A stretch of DNA of 60,749 bases, taken from NCBI GenBank assembly GCA_041750795.1, contig JBGSYQ010000368.1:1-60749 (forward strand), written 5' to 3'. This document shows positions 6,893-15,348 of the stretch, in pieces (within the stretch, counting starts at the first letter, position 1; every line of letters starts with the position of its first letter). Both the position numbers and the translations under genes were made by a program. A model generated the notes under the pieces. The model saw only the letters and a list, made by a program, of their open reading frames with translations. It was not told the origin of the DNA and did no database searches. The DNA is from Pirellulales bacterium (GTDB lineage: Bacteria > Planctomycetota > Planctomycetia > Pirellulales > PALSA-1355).

Positions 6893-8920
6893 ATGACCGC
6901 CATGAGATTTCCCCACATGTCCAGGATGTGCATTGTCGCCGCGCTGGCCGCCATGGGCACGAACTTTGGCATGCACCATTTATTTGCGGCCCAACCCGGC
7001 CCGGCGGACGCCCAGGAAGGCGTGGAAGTGCTCACCCGAGGACCGGTGCATGAGGCATTTGCCGAAACCGTCACGTTCAATCCAGAACCGGGCATCGTGA
7101 TTCCCCAAAGGCCTCCAGCCGACATCGAGGAATTGCCTCCCGAACAGCGACCCGAAGGAGAGAACGTCGCTTGGATACCCGGCTATTGGGGCTGGGATGA
7201 TGAGCGGAACGATTTCTTGTGGGTCAGCGGTATCTGGCGGGCGCTGCCACCCGGTCGGCAATGGGTGCCCGGGTACTGGAGCGACTCAGGTCAGGTGATC
7301 CAGTGGACTTCCGGATACTGGGCCGACGCCCAAGTGAGCGAAGTCGAATACCTACCCCAGCCGCCCCAGACGGTCGAAGCGGGTCCGAACATTGCCGCGC
7401 CCGCGGCGGACCAGAGTTGGATGCCTGGGTGTTGGGTTTGGCATCAAAGCCGCTACGCGTGGCGGCCGGGTTACTGGGCGACAGTGCAACCGAATTGGGT
7501 GTGGGTTCCGGCCCACTATGTCTGGGCCCCTCGGGGCTACGTCTTCGTCGATGGCTACTGGGACTACTCAGTTGTCCGACGCGGAGTGCTCTTCGCGCCG
7601 GTCTATTTCAATGCAAGTGTCTACACACGGCCAGGCTTCTACTATTCGCCGGCAATGGTGATTAACCCCGCCGTCTTCGCCAGCCAGCTCTTTCTGCGGC
7701 CGCGATACCAGCACTATTACTTCGGCGACTACTACGCCGCGAGCTACGCAAACGCAGGGTTCTATTCGTGGTTCTCGTACCACAACCGACAGGGCTACGA
7801 TCCGATCTACGCTCATCAGCACTGGCAGCATCGTCAAGACCGCGAGTGGGAGCGAAACCTGCAAGCCGATTTTCAATACCGCCGCGACCATGAAGAAGCG
7901 CGGCCGCCGCGCACGTTTGCGGCACAGCAAGCGCTTGGCAGAAGCGGGGCGGAGCCAAACGAGAAGCGGATTGCGATGGCCGCGTCACTCGATCAACTGG
8001 CCAAAAGCAATGACAGCCCGATGCGGTTCCGGCCGTTGGAGAAACAGCAACGGCAAGATCTCGCCAAGCACGGCCAAGAGGTTCGGAGATTCGCCCTGGA
8101 ACGGCAAAAGCTGGATGGCAACGTGATGGTCGGGACAGCCGAAAAGCCTGTTCGGCAATCCGGGCCGACCCGAGCGAAACTTCCCACGTCTCCAATTGTG
8201 GCACGGTCCGCCGATCAGCCCGGCGACGACCAAGCTCCGCCGAAAAGGCATGCGGTTCTCAAGCCGAATCTCCAGATCGAGCCCTCGCCGCGAGCGATCG
8301 GGAGCCGAGAGCCCGGCGACGATCAGCCAAACCGGCCGACGATCGAGCCTCGGCCGACAAGGCAACCCGGTACCCCGCCGGCTTCAAAGATCGAGCGCAA
8401 ACAGTCGCCATTCAAGACTGAGCCAAAACCAGCGCCCAGGGTCGAGCAGACACCAGCGCCAAGGGTCGAACAGGCACCAGCGCCGCGCAAGATCGAGCGT
8501 AGACCAGCGCCCGCCAATGCCGAGCCCAGGCCACGATCCATCGGGAGCCGAGAGCCCGGCGACGATCGCCCGAACCGGTCGAAGATCGAGCCTCGGCCGA
8601 CCAGACAAACCGAAGTCCCGCCGGCTTTGAAGATCGAGCGAGGTCCAGCGCCCAGGGCCGAGTTGACACCAGCACCGCGCAACGTCGAGCGTGGTCCTAT
8701 GCCAGCCAAAGTCGACCGCAAACCGCAGCCGCCGAGGGTCGAACAGCAACCAGCGCCCAGGGTCGAACCGAAGCAGGGAACGTCCGTCGGCAGACGGGAG
8801 CCACCCAAGGGGGCACCAAGATTGAAGCCGGCTGAACGTAAACGATCGGCACCTAAGGCCGAGGTGGAGGTGAGCCCAGCCGAGCCGCAAGTTGAGCCAG
8901 AGGAAAAGCCAAAGAAATAA
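6893..8920 (+). CDS. Exported YXWGXW-repeat protein with Pro-rich repetitive C-terminus
   Basis: Signal-like N-terminus, RGPVHEAFA, repeated WxPGYW units, PAPRVEQ repeats. Confidence 0.85.
   Translation: MTAMRFPHMSRMCIVAALAAMGTNFGMHHLFAAQPGPADAQEGVEVLTRGPVHEAFAETVTFNPEPGIVIPQRPPADIEELPPEQRPEGENVAWIPGYWGWDDERNDFLWVSGIWRALPPGRQWVPGYWSDSGQVIQWTSGYWADAQVSEVEYLPQPPQTVEAGPNIAAPAADQSWMPGCWVWHQSRYAWRPGYWATVQPNWVWVPAHYVWAPRGYVFVDGYWDYSVVRRGVLFAPVYFNASVYTRPGFYYSPAMVINPAVFASQLFLRPRYQHYYFGDYYAASYANAGFYSWFSYHNRQGYDPIYAHQHWQHRQDREWERNLQADFQYRRDHEEARPPRTFAAQQALGRSGAEPNEKRIAMAASLDQLAKSNDSPMRFRPLEKQQRQDLAKHGQEVRRFALERQKLDGNVMVGTAEKPVRQSGPTRAKLPTSPIVARSADQPGDDQAPPKRHAVLKPNLQIEPSPRAIGSREPGDDQPNRPTIEPRPTRQPGTPPASKIERKQSPFKTEPKPAPRVEQTPAPRVEQAPAPRKIERRPAPANAEPRPRSIGSREPGDDRPNRSKIEPRPTRQTEVPPALKIERGPAPRAELTPAPRNVERGPMPAKVDRKPQPPRVEQQPAPRVEPKQGTSVGRREPPKGAPRLKPAERKRSAPKAEVEVSPAEPQVEPEEKPKK
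8288..8770 (+). repeat. Intragenic duplication (243-nt offset) plus ~24-nt PAPRVEQ units
   Basis: ATCGGGAGCCGAGAGCCCGGCGACGAT at 8297 and 8540; repeated CCAGCGCCCAGGGTCGA. Confidence 0.8.
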
Positions 8921-9183
8921 TCGCTAGCTCGTGAACGGCACGCACGTCAAGGGAGCTTGATTTCAACTTTGGATTCGTGAGATCGACAGTCATGATCAAT
9001 CAGCAAGTCTTGGGCGGGTCAAGCGACACGAACTTAGCGACGCAGAATTAAGAGCCTGGGGATCGTGGTCAAGCCGCACCAGAATCGCACATGGAATGCA
9101 TGGGCTGTGCGATATAGCTCGCTCGCGACTTCTTCAGAAACGGAAATGCTGGCATTGCCCCAAGTTGCAAAGATCGTTCTTTT

Positions 9184-9199
9184 CGGCACGTTTGTTGCT
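9184..9199 (+). promoter_or_regulatory. sigma54 (-24/-12) promoter
   Basis: CGGCACG-TTTG-TTGCT, exact GG-N10-GC spacing, upstream of the operon starting at 9352. Confidence 0.7.
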
Positions 9200-9351
9200 C
9201 CCCCAACCTCCCTATTAGTAGAGCCACACGATGAAACCAATCGCATCCTCGGCTTTCGGTTGGGCGACAGATGCCGACTTGGCGAGACAGGCGCGGCTCT
9301 TTCTGAGCGCGAACGATCATTTTTATTCCTCTGCCAATTTTGAGGTGACCT

Positions 9352-9498
9352 ATGTTGTGGACCATCTTGCTTATCTTGCTGGTGATGTGGGCCTTGGGAC
9401 TCGGGTTCGGCGTCGCGGGTAGCCTGGTCCATATTCTCCTGGTGGTCGCGCTCGTGGTGCTGGTCGTCCAGGTTCTGCAGGGACGCAGAGTGGGCTAG
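9352..9498 (+). CDS. lmo0937-like small membrane protein, copy 2
   Basis: MLWTILLILLVMWALGLGFGVAGSLVHILLVVALVVLVVQVLQGRRVG; same TTTGAGGTGACCTATG RBS context as copy 1. Confidence 0.85.
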   Translation: MLWTILLILLVMWALGLGFGVAGSLVHILLVVALVVLVVQVLQGRRVG

Positions 9499-9568
9499 TT
9501 CGGGGTGAAATCGTCCGGGGGCAAACGAGCGGGAGTCGGATTACATGCGCTTTTAGAAAGGAACACCA

Positions 9569-9835
9569 ATGTCTACCACGAGTGATCGCCTTGGCGCGCA
9601 GGCGAAGGAAGTATCCAAGGACCTTCAGGAAATGGGGAACATCGTCAAGGATGCTGCCCAAGAGAAGCTCGGGCAAGTGCGCGAGGATGCGACTGAATAC
9701 CTTGAACAAGGGCGAGACAAAGTCCACGGCGTCGCGTGCGCCTGCGGGCAGTACGTCCGCGAACGACCGCTAAGATCCGTCTTGATCGCGGCAGGCATCG
9801 GCTGGCTATTCGGTCGCTTCTGGAAGCATCGTTGA
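9569..9835 (+). CDS. DUF883/ElaB/YqjD family membrane-anchored protein
   Basis: C-terminal YVRERPLRSVLIAAGIGWLFG. Confidence 0.85.
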   Translation: MSTTSDRLGAQAKEVSKDLQEMGNIVKDAAQEKLGQVREDATEYLEQGRDKVHGVACACGQYVRERPLRSVLIAAGIGWLFGRFWKHR

Positions 9836-9849
9836 AATGAGATGATCGC

Positions 9850-11667
9850 ATGGCCCCTTCGGAATCGTTCGTAAAATCAGCGTGGATGTTGGGAGCGATC
9901 GCCGTCGTCGTTGCCGCCCTCTATTTGGCCAAGGGTGTGTTGGTCCCTCTGACGCTCGCCGTGCTGCTGAGCTTCCTGCTCAGCCCGGTGTGCGATTGGC
10001 TCGAGCGGCGCAGGCTAGGCCGCATCCCGGCTGTATTGGTGACGGCAATCCTGGGCTTCTCGTTGCTGGGCATCGTGGTATGGACGGCAGTGGTTCAAAT
10101 GGCCGACCTGGCCCCCAAGGTGCCTGAGTACCAAGCCAACCTTCAAGCAAGACTCCACACGGTGAATGATTACTTCGTCGCCGCGATGAGCAGGGTGACA
10201 ACAACGGCCGAGAACGTTGGCGAGAGTCTCCCGCAAGCGGACCAGGCCAGCGAGCCACAAGGGACTCAGGAGCGGCCGTACTCGGTTCGCGTGCTTTCTT
10301 CGCCGGCGAGCCCACTGCAAGTCCTGAGCGGAACCTTCGGCACACTGATCGATGTGTTGGGCTTGGCCGGCATTGTCATCGTCCTTGTGGTGTTCTTCCT
10401 GGCCCGACGTGATGACTTACGCGATCGCTTCATCCGACTCGTGGGAACAGGTCAAGTGACCATGACCACTCAGATGCTGGCAGACGCTGGCACTCGGGTC
10501 AGCCGATACCTCTCGATGCTGTTTATCATCAATGCAACTTTCGGCATTGCGGTCGGCATCGGGCTCAACCTGATCGGCGTGCCCAACGCCATCTTATGGG
10601 GAATCCTGGCCGCAACACTAAGGTTCGTTCCTTACATCGGCCCTTGGATTGCCGCTGCGATGCCGATCGGCCTTTCTCTGGCAATTTCGATGGATTGGGT
10701 AGTGCCCATCCTTACGGTTGCGTTGTTCGTGGTGCTGGAACTCTTCAGCAATAACGTCATGGAGCCGTTGCTCTATGGCAAAAAGACCGGCATGTCGGCA
10801 GTAGCAGTCTTGGTGGCGGCCGTTTTCTGGACGTGGCTGTGGGGAATTGCTGGATTGCTGCTGGCGACGCCGTTGACCGTGTGTCTTCTGGTGATCGGCA
10901 AACATGTCCCGCAACTCTCCTTCCTGGACATTCTGCTGGGGAATGAGCCAGTATTCGAACCCGAGCGGCGGGTCTATCAGCGGCTCCTGGCCGGAGATCA
11001 AGAAGAGGCCACCGAATTGGTGGACGGCGCTCTTGAGCACAAGCCGCTAGTCGAGGTCTACGACACGCTACTCATTCCAGCGCTGGCGTTGGCCGAAACC
11101 GACTGGCATCGCGGCGAACTGGACGATCGCAGGCACAACGACATTTTGCAGAGCCTGAAGGAGATGATTCACGAACGGGGTGAGGGCCAGCCGGAAGTGC
11201 ATGCCAATGAAGGCCTTGAAGACGACAACGCACCGCGGGCGTGCATCCTCTGTCTACCCGCTCGGGCCGAGGCGGATGAAATCGCTGGAATGATGCTGGC
11301 GCAGTTGTTGGCGACGGGCGAGTGCCTTGCGCAGTCCGTCTCGGTTACGGCCGCCGTCAGCGAGGTGGTTGATCTTGTCGAGAAGCGCAAGCCCGACGTG
11401 CTGTGCATTTCCGCCACGCCTCCCGCGGCCGTGATGCATGCTCGCCACCTGTGCAAGCAGCTTCGTGGTCGATTCCCGGAAGTACCCGTGGTCGTGGGAT
11501 TGTGGAACGCGCAAGGCGATTTGAGCAAGGCGAAAACGCGCATTGGTGCTGACGCTACAACGTATATCGTTGCGACGCTGGCGGAGGCGCGAGAACAAGT
11601 CCGACTGCTGATCCAATCTCGTTTGCGGCGATCCGAAGTCACCGTGCATTCCAAAACCGGCCAGTAA
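9850..11667 (+). CDS. AI-2E family transporter with C-terminal receiver/B12-binding-like domain
   Basis: LRFVPYIGP, NNVMEPLLYG, WLWGIAGLLLATPLT; soluble tail PDVLCISA. Confidence 0.85.
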   Translation: MAPSESFVKSAWMLGAIAVVVAALYLAKGVLVPLTLAVLLSFLLSPVCDWLERRRLGRIPAVLVTAILGFSLLGIVVWTAVVQMADLAPKVPEYQANLQARLHTVNDYFVAAMSRVTTTAENVGESLPQADQASEPQGTQERPYSVRVLSSPASPLQVLSGTFGTLIDVLGLAGIVIVLVVFFLARRDDLRDRFIRLVGTGQVTMTTQMLADAGTRVSRYLSMLFIINATFGIAVGIGLNLIGVPNAILWGILAATLRFVPYIGPWIAAAMPIGLSLAISMDWVVPILTVALFVVLELFSNNVMEPLLYGKKTGMSAVAVLVAAVFWTWLWGIAGLLLATPLTVCLLVIGKHVPQLSFLDILLGNEPVFEPERRVYQRLLAGDQEEATELVDGALEHKPLVEVYDTLLIPALALAETDWHRGELDDRRHNDILQSLKEMIHERGEGQPEVHANEGLEDDNAPRACILCLPARAEADEIAGMMLAQLLATGECLAQSVSVTAAVSEVVDLVEKRKPDVLCISATPPAAVMHARHLCKQLRGRFPEVPVVVGLWNAQGDLSKAKTRIGADATTYIVATLAEAREQVRLLIQSRLRRSEVTVHSKTGQ

Positions 11668-11737
11668 TGTGTATTTCGACCATCGTGTTCACAGCGGCAA
11701 CTTTCACCGTGTTTCAGACCAGCGAAAGGAGTGATTT

Positions 11738-11899
11738 ATGAATCTCATCGTATTGGTCCTAGTCGTGATCCTGGTTCTCTCCCTGCTGGGCGGCGGCTAC
11801 GGCTACCGCAGCGGCAACACCGTCCTCGCCGGGGGCGGCGGCGTCGTCGGGTTAATCCTGATCATCCTCATTATTCTGTTCCTGATGGGGCGTTTATAG
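11738..11899 (+). CDS. DUF3309-like 53-aa membrane microprotein
   Basis: MNLIVLVLVVILVLSLLGGGYGYRSGNTVLAGGGGVVGLILIILIILFLMGRL; AAGGAG RBS. Confidence 0.75.
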   Translation: MNLIVLVLVVILVLSLLGGGYGYRSGNTVLAGGGGVVGLILIILIILFLMGRL

Positions 11900-11963
11900 C
11901 TGTGATTGATGCTGCTCTGGGAGTATTTCCGCTAGTCGCTAATGCCGAGAAGGAAATTTGGCC

Positions 11964-12401
11964 ATGTTTCGATTTACTTGGATGTTGATGCTGGCTGGGG
12001 TGTTCACGGCCAGCGGGTGCGAGCGAAAGCCGGCTGATCAACCGCCCGGAAAGGTCACGTCGGAAGACGTGCGCCGCGATGCCGGCCAGGCCGCCGAAAC
12101 GGCTGTCGAATACTCCCGGCAAGCCAAGGCGGAGTTCCAACAGAAGCTGGAAGCCCGACTCGACGAGCTGGACGGCGAAATCGCCAAGCTTCGCGAGAAG
12201 GGTGGTGATCTGAAAGATCAGGCCAAAGTTGACTGGGATCGGAAGATGGCCGACCTGGAAACGAAGCGGGAAGCGGCCCGTGCCAAGCTGGCCGAGGTCC
12301 GAGACGCCAGCGCCGAAGCTTGGAAGGATATCCATCAGGGAGCACAGTCCGCTTGGGACGAGTTGGACAAAGCCTTCCGCGACGCCTCGCGAGAGTTTTG
12401 A
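11964..12401 (+). CDS. Coiled-coil lipoprotein
   Basis: Lipobox ASGC; helical repeats ending AWKDIHQGAQSAWDEL. Confidence 0.75.
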   Translation: MFRFTWMLMLAGVFTASGCERKPADQPPGKVTSEDVRRDAGQAAETAVEYSRQAKAEFQQKLEARLDELDGEIAKLREKGGDLKDQAKVDWDRKMADLETKREAARAKLAEVRDASAEAWKDIHQGAQSAWDELDKAFRDASREF

Positions 12402-12448
12402 TCGGTGAACATAATTGAAACTATCTTCTAGTTGAAGGAGACACGATC

Positions 12449-12601
12449 ATGGGTGGCAAGAAAGACGAAATCAAAGGCAGAATCAAGGAAGCCGCCGGCG
12501 CGCTGACCGGCAATGACCAGCTTCGTGACGAAGGAAAGGCTGACCAGGTAGCGGGCAAGGTCAAGCAAGTCGCCGAGAAGGCCATCGACAAGGTCAAGTG
12601 A
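12449..12601 (+). CDS. csbD: CsbD-family protein, copy 2 (shortened by a premature TGA; homologous frame continues to 12625)
   Basis: MGGKKDEIKGRIKEAAGALTGNDQLRDEGKADQVAGKVK; AAGGAG RBS. Confidence 0.85.
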   Translation: MGGKKDEIKGRIKEAAGALTGNDQLRDEGKADQVAGKVKQVAEKAIDKVK

Positions 12602-12715
12602 GCCGTGAAGGAGTTGGGCGACTGAAAGGCAATTCGCAATGCGCGAACGCGACGCGTAACCGTTGCGGAGGCGTGGCTGAATTCGGTTTGTTTCACTCAC
12701 CAAAAGGGAAAGATC

Positions 12716-12802
12716 ATGAACAACACCCAGCTAATCATCTTGATCCTCGTGTTGCTCTTTCTGTTCGGCGGTGGCGGCTTTTTTTGGAGCCGCCGAAGGT
12801 AA
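12716..12802 (+). CDS. 28-aa single-TM microprotein, paralog of 2508-2600
   Basis: MNNTQLIILILVLLFLFGGGGFFWSRRR; AAGGGA RBS. Confidence 0.7.
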   Translation: MNNTQLIILILVLLFLFGGGGFFWSRRR

Positions 12803-12939
12803 AGAGAGTCTTGTGACATAGTCATTGCCCACTGGCCCATCGTGCGGACAGACCACATCCTGCACGGCACGATGTCTCATCGAGTTTCGGCCAACAAACC
12901 AGACCAGAGTTGATTATCCCTGAATCCGAGAAGTCCATC

Positions 12940-13377
12940 ATGTCCAAACAACTAGAGCGTGAGGAGAATCTTCCTTCAGTGTCCAAACAAACGGCGGGAG
13001 GCATCACCGGTGCGGTCATCGGGGGAATGATCGCTGGACCCGTAGGAGCCGTGGCAGGCGGAGTCGCTGGAGCCCTTGTCGGAAATTCCTCCGCGAAGGG
13101 CAATAAGCCGATCAAGAAGTCCCTGGAGGCGATTCGTTCAACGGGAAGGCGAGGAGCGAAGGCGATCAAGGCCACCGCGGACCGAAACAAGTCGTCGCGT
13201 TCGGCGAAGCAACCAACGAAGGGATCAGCGGTAGCGACGGCCGCCTCGAAGCCTCTTGCGAAGCAAAAGCGTAAGGCGAAACCAGCAACAAAAAAAGTCT
13301 CGACGTTGGCGAAATCAAAGGTGGCGTCCAAGCCGAAGGCCAAGGGGCCATCTAGACGCGCGAAGAAAAAACCTTAA
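12940..13377 (+). CDS. Glycine-zipper protein with Lys/Ala-rich basic tail
   Basis: GGITGAVIGGMIAGPVGAVAGGVAGALVG followed by K/A/R/S low complexity. Confidence 0.7.
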   Translation: MSKQLEREENLPSVSKQTAGGITGAVIGGMIAGPVGAVAGGVAGALVGNSSAKGNKPIKKSLEAIRSTGRRGAKAIKATADRNKSSRSAKQPTKGSAVATAASKPLAKQKRKAKPATKKVSTLAKSKVASKPKAKGPSRRAKKKP

Positions 13378-13408
13378 GTCGAACTGAACACCGAAGGAGT
13401 TTTAATGC

Positions 13409-13570
13409 ATGAACAAACTGCTACTGGTGATCATCGCCATTTTGTTGCCGCCGTTGGCGGTCGGTCTTAAGGACGGCATTGGCTTTCATTTGTTCCTCAA
13501 CATCGTTCTCACGCTGCTAGTTTACGTGCCCGGCCTGCTTCACGCGCTATGGGTCGTGCTGAAGGATTGA
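13409..13570 (+). CDS. yqaE: YqaE/Pmp3 (UPF0057) membrane protein
   Basis: IIAILLPPLAV...LNIVLTLLVYVPGLLHALWVV; AAGGAG RBS; not in the ORF track. Confidence 0.9.
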   Translation: MNKLLLVIIAILLPPLAVGLKDGIGFHLFLNIVLTLLVYVPGLLHALWVVLKD

Positions 13571-13715
13571 GTAAAGGCCGCAGACGCCGGGTTCAAGAGC
13601 GAGGCGTCTACTCTAGGAAGAGGAGCCACGCGCCGGCAAGATATCATAGAACGCGGTGAACGAGCCTGAGTCTGGTTGCTCTTGTCCGACGAAGGAAATC
13701 GAAGCGAGCGAGAGC

Positions 13716-13890
13716 ATGGGAGCGCTGCATACAGAAAGGCACCGCACAGAGCGCATTGGCTGGCTACGCGCTGCCGTGCTGGGTGCGAACGACAGCATCG
13801 TTTCCACAGCGAGCCTGATGTTGGGAGTTGCAGCGGCAAATGCTGCCAGCGGTGATATGCTGATCGCGGGAGCGATGTCGATGGCAGCCC
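13716..13890 (+). pseudogene. VIT1/CCC1 family transporter, 5' fragment
   Basis: HTERHRTERIGWLRAAVLGANDSIVSTASL...AGAMSMAA, then homology is lost. Confidence 0.75.
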
Positions 13891-14293
13891 GTCGGAAAGG
13901 CGAATTGTCGGCAATCATGCGGCAACACGCTCGAGGGCGACGACCGGGAAACGCCGCATGCGGTCGATTTGAATCGCGAAATTCCAGTCGGCGTCCACGA
14001 GGGCATCAGCTAGCAATGCATGCGCCCCCTCTCAGGGATAAACCTGATTGGTTCCGTTGAGGCATTGCAGTAGAAGTAACTCATGCCGTCTACGGCAAGG
14101 TGGAATGGACTTCCACAAATGCCTCGACAGGAAGTCGAGCGCCGGTCGCTAGGGCCGTTCGCTGCCGACAAGCAATTGCAAGCGCGTTCGGCCCTCCGGC
14201 CGGCGAGCTTCATCAGACTTCACCGCGAGAGTCTGTCGTCTGGCACATGCTCACTATTGCGGGCGACGACTCGGCGGGAAAGGAGGCCCACCC

Positions 14294-15091
14294 ATGCTTG
14301 TTCTCTCTCGAGGACGAAACGACAAAGTAGTTTTTCCCACGCTAGGGATCACGGTCGAGATCCTCCGCGTCGACGGCAGGAATGTTCGCATTGGCATCGA
14401 CGCGCCCAGGGAGATTCGCGTGCTGCGCAAGGAAATCTTAGAAAAAGCAGACGCTGCCGCGCCAACCAAAGGTGCGCAACAGGCCACTGACGGACTTACT
14501 CATGCGGCGCGAAATCGACTTCAAAAGGCCATGCTCGGCTTGCACGTCTTGCAAAGGATGCTGGATGCCGGCCAGGCCAATGACGCCGAACCAACCATCT
14601 TCACAATCTTCAACGAACTCAAGTCTCTCGAAGAGGATCTGGTTCCTACAAGGGGCTCGCCGATCGCGTTGACTGGCGGCGGCAAGGGCCTCCGCGCGCT
14701 GATCGTGGAAGACGATGCCAATGAAAGCGAGCTGCTGGCCGGCTATCTTCGTCTGCGCGGCTTCAAAGTCACCACCGCGGTGGACGGCCTGCAGGCAATG
14801 GTCTTCCTGTCCAAGCACAATCGAATGGACATCGTGCTACTCGACATGAAAATGCCGCGATTTGATGGAAATGAAACCGTCGCGGCCATTCGCCTCAACC
14901 CGGACTATCACGGGCTCAAGATCTTTGCGGTCACCGGGGCCGATCAGGTTGAGTCCGCCGTGGGCATCGGCCCTCGGGGTGTCGACCGATGGTTCCGAAA
15001 ACCAATTGACCCAGGGCTGCTTGTAGACGCGATTCACGACGAACTTGCCGCCAATGCGTTTTCGACGTTAGCTTCGACCACGGCAAAATAG
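14294..15091 (+). CDS. CsrA-like domain fused to a response-regulator receiver
   Basis: MLVLSRGRNDKVVF...VRIGIDAPREIRVLRKE; middle THAARNRL; LIVEDD...LLDMKMP...FRKP. Confidence 0.85.
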   Translation: MLVLSRGRNDKVVFPTLGITVEILRVDGRNVRIGIDAPREIRVLRKEILEKADAAAPTKGAQQATDGLTHAARNRLQKAMLGLHVLQRMLDAGQANDAEPTIFTIFNELKSLEEDLVPTRGSPIALTGGGKGLRALIVEDDANESELLAGYLRLRGFKVTTAVDGLQAMVFLSKHNRMDIVLLDMKMPRFDGNETVAAIRLNPDYHGLKIFAVTGADQVESAVGIGPRGVDRWFRKPIDPGLLVDAIHDELAANAFSTLASTTAK

Positions 15092-15348
15092 AACGTTCCT
15101 CGCAAGTAAGGACCGAGAACCGCTGGGCTTCCGAGGGCACGGAAGTCCGAACGAACGAAGCAGGCTTTCACCGTGAACGCGACCGGGCTGGGGACCTGCG
15201 AGCCCAAATCGATGGTCCCACGCACGCACATGCGGCGCGAGTGGGTCGCGGTCAGCGGAGACTGACCGCCACTGCGAACGAGAGTGCGCAATCCGGTGTT
15301 ACGAGAATTGCTCACATGAAAGCAGTTTACAGCGCCAACTGAATCTCT

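Noticed and set aside
8288..8770. CRISPR array or non-coding tandem repeat
   Set aside because: The repeats are in-frame, degenerate and coding, with no unique spacers and no cas genes in the window
8992..9062. Possible decayed CsbD/YjbJ-like gene (MINQQVLGG...RIK..WG)
   Set aside because: Too short and broken to support without a search
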